Notes under the pieces: model-generated
The model's input: the letters and a program-made list of their open reading frames with translations, nothing else
The model's database searches: none
Told to the model about the DNA's origin: nothing
Assembly (NCBI GenBank): GCA_042216015.1
Contig: JBDGUI010000019.1
Coordinates: 1 to 20,997, forward strand
Source of the DNA: Halodesulfurarchaeum sp.
Lineage (GTDB): Archaea; Halobacteriota; Halobacteria; Halobacteriales; Halobacteriaceae
Length of the DNA stretch: 20,997 nt
Direction: 5' to 3'
Shown here: positions 9,031 through 16,411 of the stretch, in pieces
Position numbering within the stretch: the stretch's first letter is position 1
Layout: the number at the start of each line of letters is the position of its first letter
Made by a program: the position numbers and the translations under genes

Positions 9031-10928
9031 CCGAGCGCAAGCAGTTCCGCGATTTGGCCGAGCCGAAAGCGTTACAGGAAGCAATCGAGTCGCTCTCGCT
9101 CTCGCCGGGACCCGAATACGTCGACCTCCTCGATGCCGACGGACGGGTCCTCGCCGACCGCATCGACGCCGGGATCGACGTGCCAGGCTTCGACCGCTCG
9201 ACGATGGACGGCTATGCCGTGCGGGCACGGGACACGTTCGACGCCTCGGAGGGCGATCCGTACGAGGCGGCACTACTCGACGTCGTCGAGGCCGGCGAGA
9301 AGCCGGAGACGTCGGTCGAGGACGGCGGCGTCGTCAGCGTGGCGACGGGCGCTCCGCTTCCGTCGGGCGCCGACGCGGTCGTTCCGGTCGAACGGACGAG
9401 CCGGGCCGAGGGCGAGTCCGGGACGACCGTGTCCATCAGAACCGCCGTCGCTCCCGGGGACAACGTCATGCACGCCGGCGACGACGTGGCCGCCGGCGAT
9501 CGGGCGCTCGGACCCGGGACCGTTCTGAGCACTCGCGACGTTGGGCTCCTGGCCGCCCTGGGTGAGGAGACCGTCCCCGTGTTCGGCAAACCGACGGTCG
9601 GAATCGTCTCCACCGGGGACGAACTCGTCCGACCCGGAAAGCCCCGGGACGACGAGCGGGGGCAGATCTACGATCTCAACACGTTCGCGCTCGCCGCCTC
9701 CGTGCGCGCAGCGGGTGGCGAGCCGGAGGTCGTTCCCCACATCGCCGACGACTACGATCGAATGCTCGAGGCGCTCGAATCGGTGGGCAACCAGTGTGAT
9801 CTCGTGCTCTCCTCGGGGTCGACGAGTGCGAGCGACGCGGACGTCCTGTACCAGGTCGTCGAGGATCACGGCGAACTCGACCTCCACGGCGTGGCGGTCA
9901 AGCCGGGGCGACCGACGATCGTCGGAAGGGTCGCCGAGACGGCCTACATCGGGCTACCGGGCAACCCGGTCTCCGCGCTTAGCATCTTCCGGACCTTCGT
10001 CGCACCGGCGATCAGGGATGCGGCCGGTCGCCCGCCGGAGTCGGTGCCTACCCTGGAGGGGCGAATGGCGGCCCCGAAACGCTACGCCGAGGGGCGGACC
10101 TATCTCCTCCCGGCGGCCGTCATCGAAGACGAGTCCGGGGAGATACTGGTCTATCCGGTCGATAAAGGGAGCGGCGCGATCACGAGTCTCACGGAGGCCG
10201 ATGGCGTCATCGAGATGGCGCCGGAGACCGAACTTCTCGCGGAGGGGCAGTCCGTCACTGTCGCCCTGTTCTCGGCCGATACCACCCCGCCGACGGTGTT
10301 GGGAATCGGGGAGTCAGACCCGCTCTTTGCCCGGCTGCTCGATCATGTGAACGGGCCACGATATCTCACCCACGGCAGTCGGGAGGGTCGCCGACGGCTT
10401 CGCGACGGGATCCCCGACTTCGCCGTCCTCACAGAGGCCGATGCGGCGGCCGTGGACGGCGACACGCTCGCGAGGTTCGGCAGGGAGTGGGGACTCGTGG
10501 TCCCCCCTGGAAATCCAGCCGGAATCGACGGACTCGCCGATCTCGAGCGAGCCGGGACGTTCGTGAACGTGGCCTCGGACATCGGCCTTCGATTGGCACT
10601 CGACGATGCTGTGGCCGACCTGGCGGTCGAAGGGGGATCGAGCGGGGCCGGCTTCAGGGAAAACGTGGATGGCTTCGAGCGGACGGTCCACGGCATTCGA
10701 AGCCCGGCCCAGCGGGTCGCGAACGGGAGCGCAGACGTCGGAGTCGGATTGCGGTTTTCGACGACCCAGCTCGACGTCGATTTCGTCCCGATCGGGACCC
10801 AGCCGTTGGTCGTCCGTGCCGCACCCGAGCGGCGAGAAAAGGCGGGGATGGAGGCGCTCGAGCGGGCAATGGAAATGAACCTTCCCGCACTTCTCGACCG
10901 GCTCGAGGGGTACGAAAACGGAATCTGA
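9027..10928 (+). CDS. moeA: Molybdopterin biosynthesis protein: MoeA fused to a C-terminal PBP/LysR-type substrate-binding domain
   Basis: Motifs RSTMDGYAV, STGDEL, SSGSTS, KPGRP and LPGNP, followed by an extension of about 210 aa (GSREG, REWGLVVPPGNP, ADVGVG). ATGA overlap with the first moeA. Confidence 0.92.
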   Translation: MTERKQFRDLAEPKALQEAIESLSLSPGPEYVDLLDADGRVLADRIDAGIDVPGFDRSTMDGYAVRARDTFDASEGDPYEAALLDVVEAGEKPETSVEDGGVVSVATGAPLPSGADAVVPVERTSRAEGESGTTVSIRTAVAPGDNVMHAGDDVAAGDRALGPGTVLSTRDVGLLAALGEETVPVFGKPTVGIVSTGDELVRPGKPRDDERGQIYDLNTFALAASVRAAGGEPEVVPHIADDYDRMLEALESVGNQCDLVLSSGSTSASDADVLYQVVEDHGELDLHGVAVKPGRPTIVGRVAETAYIGLPGNPVSALSIFRTFVAPAIRDAAGRPPESVPTLEGRMAAPKRYAEGRTYLLPAAVIEDESGEILVYPVDKGSGAITSLTEADGVIEMAPETELLAEGQSVTVALFSADTTPPTVLGIGESDPLFARLLDHVNGPRYLTHGSREGRRRLRDGIPDFAVLTEADAAAVDGDTLARFGREWGLVVPPGNPAGIDGLADLERAGTFVNVASDIGLRLALDDAVADLAVEGGSSGAGFRENVDGFERTVHGIRSPAQRVANGSADVGVGLRFSTTQLDVDFVPIGTQPLVVRAAPERREKAGMEALERAMEMNLPALLDRLEGYENGI

Positions 10929-11020
10929 ACCGGCGGGTCCTTCGTCACCATCATTTAATAGAGGCGATATTGAATCGGTGAGGTTAGGGGCCTCTATAAC
11001 GTACGACCGAATGAATCCTC

Positions 11021-12169
11021 GTGAGTGAAGACCGGAATCCCTGGGAATCGGTGCGTGCACGACTGCTGGCGGACTTCGATCTAGAGAGGGTGCCGTCGAA
11101 TGTGTGGGGGTTGGTCGTCACTGGACTCGGGCTCGTGCTTGTCGTCGCTCATTTCCTCAATCTGACAGAGTCCCATCCGCTCGGGACACTCGTGATCGGC
11201 GTGATCGTACCGATCCTCTTAACTGGGGGTGTCATGATTCCCTTCGGGTTGATATTGGCCCTGCCGACGGACTCCGCTCACGAGAGACACGTCACCTTCC
11301 TTCGGGACATCGGCCCCTGGGTGGCCGGCTGGATGGTCGTGGGGATGGGGTGGATGGCGATTGCGGGGGCCGGGTCGGTCCTCTATCAATCTGGAGTCGA
11401 ACTCACGGCTACAGATTCCATCTATCTCGTCGCCATCTTTGCCGCCTACGGGGTCGTTCCGGGAACCATCACGGGTTACTACTACGGTCGCACGGTGCAG
11501 ACGGCGACCGAGGTCGCCGAACGGGAGCGACTCCTGACAGTCTTCATGCGGGTCCTCCGGCACAACTTCCGGAACGAGATGAACGTGATCCTGGGCGAAC
11601 TCGGGTTGGCCGAGCGCCTGTCCCCGGAGGAGGCGGCAAGGCACGTCCGGAAGGCCTCGAGGCAGGGACGGGATCTGATGAAAACCGTCGAGAAACAGCG
11701 ATATCTCGTCGGCATCGTGACCGATCCGAAGGCGCCACAGGTTCAATCACTGTCGGAGGTCATCGAAAAGGCCGTCGAGACGACCCGCGAGAACCATCCT
11801 GGCGCTGACGTTTCGGTCTCCGATTCGCCCGCCTGTTCGATACGCGCCCATCCACAGATCGATCGGGCGATCGTGGAGCTTCTTGAAAACGCGATCGTCC
11901 ACAGCACCGAGACCCGTCCCCGGGCGGTCATCGAAATCGACCGGGGGACAGACCGGGTGGTCCTCTCGATTCACGACTCGGGCGCTCGCATTCCCATGGA
12001 GGAGATGGCGATACTCTCGACCGAATCCGATCCCACCCAGCTCGAACACGGAAGCGGACTCGGGCTCTGGATCGTCGACCGACTGATCGACCAGTCCGGG
12101 GGGAGTTTCGACGTGAAATCCGACGAGGAGAAAAACGAGGTCGTTCTCAGGTTACCGATTGCCGCCTGA
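11021..12169 (+). CDS. Membrane-bound sensor histidine kinase (orphan)
   Basis: About four TM segments, H-box RVLRHNFRN, N-box ELLENAIVH, IHDSG and G2 box HGSGLGLW. GTG start. Confidence 0.88.
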   Translation: MSEDRNPWESVRARLLADFDLERVPSNVWGLVVTGLGLVLVVAHFLNLTESHPLGTLVIGVIVPILLTGGVMIPFGLILALPTDSAHERHVTFLRDIGPWVAGWMVVGMGWMAIAGAGSVLYQSGVELTATDSIYLVAIFAAYGVVPGTITGYYYGRTVQTATEVAERERLLTVFMRVLRHNFRNEMNVILGELGLAERLSPEEAARHVRKASRQGRDLMKTVEKQRYLVGIVTDPKAPQVQSLSEVIEKAVETTRENHPGADVSVSDSPACSIRAHPQIDRAIVELLENAIVHSTETRPRAVIEIDRGTDRVVLSIHDSGARIPMEEMAILSTESDPTQLEHGSGLGLWIVDRLIDQSGGSFDVKSDEEKNEVVLRLPIAA

Positions 12170-12193
12170 GGTTCGTCTCCGAGAAAACTCCGG

Positions 12194-12847
12194 TCAGTCC
12201 TCGCCCCGGAACAGGTCGATGACGTCGTTCACCAGGTGGCTATCTGCGGCGACCAGGTATCGTCGTCCACCGACGAGTTTCTCCTCGGCCTGGGCGGCGA
12301 CGTGCCCGTTCGTCCGGGAGATCACCTGCACGCCGGCCGGGAAGTCCACCTCCGAAATGCGGGCCCCCTTGATTGGGGCGTCGTACCCGACCTGAATGTC
12401 GAGGATTTCGAGGTCACCCGTGACGTCCTCGAGCGTGCGAATGTTGCTGCCACTGAGGGCATTGACCGCGGCCTTGATGCTGGCGCGCTCGGGGAAGTAG
12501 ACCTCGTCGACGTAGTCGGCGAACTCGTCCCCGTACTCGTCTTCGATTCGAGCGACCGTTCTGACGTCCGAATCGAGTTGCCGTGCGATCAGGCAGACGG
12601 CCAGATTGGTGTCCTCGCGATCCGTGAGTGCCCCGATCGTTGTCGTCTCGTTCGTCATTCCCTCCTCGAGCACCGACGGCCGGGTCGCATCACCCGTGAT
12701 CACCTCGAAGTCCCCGTCGGTGTCGACGATCCCATCGGGATCCCTCTCGATGACGGTGACGGAGATGTCACGATCCGCGAAGCGCTTTGCGACGCGTCTG
12801 CCGACTCGACCACCACCCGCGATGAGGATATGGTCCGCTCGTTCCAT
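12194..12847 (-). CDS. trkA: TrkA-family NAD-binding (RCK_N + RCK_C) potassium-transport regulatory protein
   Basis: Motifs IAGGGRVG, VIE, GDAT, TDREDTNL and VARI. The ATG at 12874 lies within a TATA-like TTTATG (12872-12877), which favours the start at 12847. Confidence 0.85.
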   Translation of the reverse strand: MERADHILIAGGGRVGRRVAKRFADRDISVTVIERDPDGIVDTDGDFEVITGDATRPSVLEEGMTNETTTIGALTDREDTNLAVCLIARQLDSDVRTVARIEDEYGDEFADYVDEVYFPERASIKAAVNALSGSNIRTLEDVTGDLEILDIQVGYDAPIKGARISEVDFPAGVQVISRTNGHVAAQAEEKLVGGRRYLVAADSHLVNDVIDLFRGED

Positions 12848-12973
12848 GTCTCTACGTTCTTCGGGAACCCTCATAAACGTTCATTGACGAGGACGGCACC
12901 CACGCTCGAGCCAAGTTTCACGGGAGTGGGCCTCGACGGACGGTTTATCTCGCCCGGGCTCCAATGGATCAAC

Positions 12974-13261
12974 ATGCCCGAGACAGTGCTCTTCGAGTCC
13001 GAACGGACCCAGACTCGCGCTGAGATCGCGACGTACCTCCGTCAGGTTGCAGAGAAACTCGACGCTGGCGAGTCGATCACCCTGAAGGCCGGAACCGAGT
13101 CCCGGACCCTCGAACCGCCCGCCAGACTCACCTTCGAGGTCAAAGCCGAGCGCGAGGGGAGGGAGACGGGACCGGGCGAGTTGAGTGTCGAATTCGAACT
13201 CGAATGGGACGAGGGCGGCGAAGCCACCGACGGGGAGTCCTCGGAGCTCGAAATTCGGTAA
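12974..13261 (+). CDS. Amphi-Trp domain-containing protein
   Basis: MPETVLFESE...EIATYLRQVAEKL...FEVKAERE...SVEFELEW. TATA-like TTTATC at 12944-12949. Confidence 0.88.
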   Translation: MPETVLFESERTQTRAEIATYLRQVAEKLDAGESITLKAGTESRTLEPPARLTFEVKAEREGRETGPGELSVEFELEWDEGGEATDGESSELEIR

Positions 13262-13666
13262 TCCGAACCGGAGCGACCTGGCCAGCGTGTCGCTCGAATG
13301 CGCGGCGTTCGGCCCACGACGATGAGTTGGTTCGGTCCCGGCACGGTGTTCGCAATCTCGATGAGAGATCGCAGGAGCGGAGGCCCATTCGGCGATCCGG
13401 TACCAGGAAAATCACCAGGGACGCGCTGGTGGGCGAGGACAGACGCCATCAGCAGGAAGAATGCGTCCGAACGCCGCAACGGGGGCCCCGAGGCCTTGGC
13501 TTCCCCGGGGGAGTCATTTGCCCGGAGATCGGCGATCGATGGCACACCAACTCTTTCCACCGTTTCAATTGAAGGGTCGTCCCTGCAGGAGTCTCTCGGT
13601 GGTCGGCCTGGCGAACCGAAAACAGTTTGCAGCGCCCTGCGGGAGTATTTCATACCAGCTTTTGAC

Positions 13667-14752
13667 ATGGGCAACCCTGCGATTTACGAGTTGACGAAGT
13701 CCCTGGTCGACGTGCCCGAATCCGATTCCGAACGGGCGGCCGGCTCGCTGATCGTCGATTGGCTCCGCAGTGAGACGAGCGCGGAGGTCACACGGGACGA
13801 TGGTGGCAACGTCGTGGCCCGAAAAGGATCGGGCGGCCCCTCCCTGGCACTGGTCGGTCATCACGACGTCGTCGACCCCGCCCAGTCACAGATCGCGGAC
13901 GGTCGGCACCGCGTGAGCGAGGAGAACGGGCGACTGCAAGGCCGTGGGACGGCTGACATGAAGGGGGCGCTTGCCGCGATGATGGTGGCTTTCCAGCGTG
14001 CCGACCCGGATTCGGTACTGATCTTCGCCAGTTTCGTCGGCGAGGAGCGGGGCGGAATCGGCGCGCAGTCGGCGATCGAAGACGGGCTCAAACCCGACTT
14101 CGCGATCGTCGGCGAGGGCTCGGCGTCCTATTCACGGGAGGGCGTTCTCGACGTCGCGATCGCCCACAAGGGCCGCCGGGGTAGTTCGATCGAGGCCACG
14201 GGGACGTCCGCCCATGCGAGCGAACCGGCAGCCGGCGACAACGCGATTTACCGGGCCCTGGAGGCCGTCGATCGGATCCGAGATCTCGATCCGCCGACTC
14301 GAACGGTCTTCGGCGAACGGCTCGCCGGAAGCCTGGCCGTGACCGAAATCGACGGCGGAACCGACTGGAACGTCATCCCCGAGTCCTGTTCGGTGACCGT
14401 CGACGAGCGGACGGTTCCGGGAAAGCGTGCCGATCTGGGGATCGTGGAATCGATCCCGGGGGTCGAATGGACGGTCGACCAGGATCTTCCGCCCATGCGG
14501 TGTGAGAGCCGGGAATTCGCCGATCAGGTTCGGGCGGCGGCCGCAAAGGCGCAGTCCGGAACCCCCGAATTCGTCCAGAAGCCGCATGCGACGGATGCCG
14601 GATGGCTCGCGAAGGCGGGGACCGAGTGTGTCGTGTGTGGCCCGGCGGAACCCGGTGAGGCCCATTCCGCGACCGAGAGCGTCTCGAAATCGCTTCTGTA
14701 CACTGCGTTCGATTGCTATCGGTCGGTCGCCGATGACTGGGGTCCGCTGTGA
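13667..14752 (+). CDS. M20 family metallopeptidase/deacylase (ArgE/DapE-like)
   Basis: Motifs GHHDVV, GRGTADMKG, GEE, GEGS, AHAS, NVIP, TDAG and EAHS. Start set at ATG 13667. Confidence 0.9.
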   Translation: MGNPAIYELTKSLVDVPESDSERAAGSLIVDWLRSETSAEVTRDDGGNVVARKGSGGPSLALVGHHDVVDPAQSQIADGRHRVSEENGRLQGRGTADMKGALAAMMVAFQRADPDSVLIFASFVGEERGGIGAQSAIEDGLKPDFAIVGEGSASYSREGVLDVAIAHKGRRGSSIEATGTSAHASEPAAGDNAIYRALEAVDRIRDLDPPTRTVFGERLAGSLAVTEIDGGTDWNVIPESCSVTVDERTVPGKRADLGIVESIPGVEWTVDQDLPPMRCESREFADQVRAAAAKAQSGTPEFVQKPHATDAGWLAKAGTECVVCGPAEPGEAHSATESVSKSLLYTAFDCYRSVADDWGPL

Positions 14753-14851
14753 GTTTGAAACGTTTCCATTTGGATTCCAATCGTTGTTGTGCCCCGTGAA
14801 TGGAGGGGACGAACGCACGCATTGTGATTTTGTCTTCTGGAAGAAGGGGTA

Positions 14852-14985
14852 TGGGCCCGGAGGGATATTGAACCACGGTCAGTCCGCTCGCTCCGCTCGC
14901 TTCCTTCCCTGCTTCAAATCCCACCGACCCGCATTTCACACCTCGCCGCGGAGATGAAACTCCGCGGCCTCAGTCGGTCAGAAAG
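14852..14985 (-). repeat. tRNA-Trp trailer element: inverted and direct copies of the tRNA 3' end, plus a hairpin
   Basis: Direct copy at 14852-14874, inverted copy at 14911-14933, a 9-bp perfect hairpin at 14945-14968, and GCGAGCGGAGCGAGCGG in the spacer. Confidence 0.85.
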
Positions 14986-15158
14986 TGGGGCCGGAGGGAT
15001 TTGAACCCCCGATCGACTGATATCCCCGGTATGCCTCGGCACTCCAGAGGGTCGTCATCGCGCCCGAGAGCCAGTCGAACGCTCGGTATACCAGTCTGGA
15101 GTGTCGTCGTCGGCGAACCTCTGGAGTCAGTCGCCATTCCTGGCTTGGCCACAGCCCC
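14986..15158 (-). tRNA. trnW: tRNA-Trp (CCA) with a 99-nt intron at 37/38 (exons 15121-15158 and 14986-15021)
   Basis: GGGGCTGTGGCCAAGCCAGGAATGGCGACTGACTCCAG | intron | ATCAGTCGATCGGGGGTTCAAATCCCTCCGGCCCCA. Anticodon CCA at 15122-15124. A bulge-helix-bulge is present (CUCC/GGGG helix with AGA and AUA bulges). The CCA end is not encoded. Confidence 0.97.
15022..15120 (-). ncRNA. Intron-encoded box C/D guide RNA (targets C34 and U39 of pre-tRNA-Trp)
   Basis: Box C ACGACGA 15104-15110, D' CCGA 15083-15086, C' ATGACGA 15052-15058 and D CCGA 15036-15039. The D guide CCTCTGGAGT pairs with ACUCCAGAGG, with the +5 base opposite C34. Same layout as the known haloarchaeal tRNA-Trp intron sRNA. Confidence 0.9.
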
Positions 15159-15252
15159 GTACCCCCGATTGTCGGGTACGGCTAAAGGGCGTTACGGTTC
15201 ATTAGTCACCGGCGAACGCCCCCACACTGGCCCCGCCGCGTCTGAGAGTACC

Positions 15253-16116
15253 TCAGACCCAGGGCGCACGGTCGTCCTCGCTCTCCCCCGGGTAGCCATA
15301 CTGGTCCTTGCTGGGCTCGTCCTCGGCCGTGGGGCCGTTTCCTCCGCCGTTGGTGACCGCCGTCGATTGTCCTGCCGTCGTCCGATCGGCCTGTTCTGTT
15401 GGGTCGATGGCGAGCAACGCGGCCATCGCGAAGACCGGGAGCGGCGCCGACTCGGGGACGATGTCGATCAACGAGAGTGCGAGCGTGCCCAGGGCGACCG
15501 CGCTGCCAAAGCGGAAGCGATCGATGTCCACCATCCCCTCGATACGGGGGCGAAGGAGAACCAGCAGGAGGGCGAATGTGACCCCCACCCCGCCGGCGGC
15601 CATGCCTCGGGCCACGAGTTCGGTGTTCGTCGTGAGCGCGAAGGCGAAGGAACTCGGGTTCAGACTCGCGATCACCCCGAGGCCGATGATGACACTCGCA
15701 CTGGGGAGGTACTCCCCGATGGTCGAACTGGCGGTCTTCGCGGCAACGGCCACGATCACGAGGGCCGCGAACCGCTCGAAGATGATGATGTCGATGAAAC
15801 TGGCGATCGTCGGTGCCAGAGCGGATTCGATCCCCGCGATCGCGATCAGCGGGAGCCCGATCATGAGGACTTCCTTCGTTTGTCGGACCGGGTCGGCGTC
15901 CATCTCGACGAGCACCACGGCGACCGTGGCGCTCCCGCCGAAGACGAGCAGGCCGACCTGCAGGATGCCCACCGGACTCGAGAGCGCATCGGCGAGGACG
16001 AGCGCCGGGAAGATCCCGTCGATGAGCGGAAGGAGCATGACCGTCGCCAGCAGCCTGGTCGCGCCGCCGACCTGCTGCTCGAGGCGAAGCGCAATCGGGT
16101 GTCGGGAGCTGCTCAT
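15253..16116 (-). CDS. DUF5794-type haloarchaeal multi-pass membrane protein
   Basis: 287 aa with many TM segments; N-terminal HPIALRLEQQVGGATRLLATVM.LPLIDGIFPALVLA and C-terminal RAPW. Lies divergent from guaB. Confidence 0.82.
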   Translation of the reverse strand: MSSSRHPIALRLEQQVGGATRLLATVMLLPLIDGIFPALVLADALSSPVGILQVGLLVFGGSATVAVVLVEMDADPVRQTKEVLMIGLPLIAIAGIESALAPTIASFIDIIIFERFAALVIVAVAAKTASSTIGEYLPSASVIIGLGVIASLNPSSFAFALTTNTELVARGMAAGGVGVTFALLLVLLRPRIEGMVDIDRFRFGSAVALGTLALSLIDIVPESAPLPVFAMAALLAIDPTEQADRTTAGQSTAVTNGGGNGPTAEDEPSKDQYGYPGESEDDRAPWV

Positions 16117-16119
16117 CGA

Positions 16120-16299
16120 CTATGCGGGATGCCCGTAACCATGTGGGGCCTGGCGGTATTCGGGTTGAAGCCTCCGCTTTCGCTGGGGCCAGACCGATTT
16201 CCCCGCGTTCCCTGTATCGTTGCCGAAAAATGTGACCTCGCCGGTGGCGATTGATTGGTCGCCGGCGATGCACTCGGCAGTGGGACTCGCGGGGTCCAT
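16120..16299 (-). CDS. Putative 59-aa small/leader protein upstream of DUF5794
   Basis: MDPASPTAECIAGDQSIATGEVTFFGNDTG...EYRQAPHGYGHPA*. The ATG is about 25 nt downstream of TATATTTATG (16324-16333), and the stop is 3 nt before the DUF5794 ATG. Confidence 0.55.
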   Translation of the reverse strand: MDPASPTAECIAGDQSIATGEVTFFGNDTGNAGKSVWPQRKRRLQPEYRQAPHGYGHPA

Positions 16300-16323
16300 A
16301 CGCAATATTCGGGGACAGGGGAA

Positions 16324-16333
16324 CATAAATATA
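16324..16333 (-). promoter_or_regulatory. TATA box for the small-ORF/DUF5794 transcript
   Basis: TATATTTATG on the minus strand in the divergent intergenic region. Confidence 0.6.
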
Positions 16334-16411
16334 GTGTGAGAGGCGGTTACATTCCACGGACCGGATTCCCGCTCTCGCAACCCTTTTGTCGTCCCGGCAG
16401 GTGCGTACTAC

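Noticed and set aside
12236..12973. Long N-terminal extension of the amphi-Trp ORF (341 aa)
   Set aside because: It is the antisense shadow of trkA; a TATA-like box and ATG 12974 define the real gene.
14852..14933. Second tRNA gene or intact prophage att site
   Set aside because: Only T-arm/acceptor fragments are present, with no D or anticodon arm. There is no integrase or cargo between the direct repeats. Reported as a trailer element instead.
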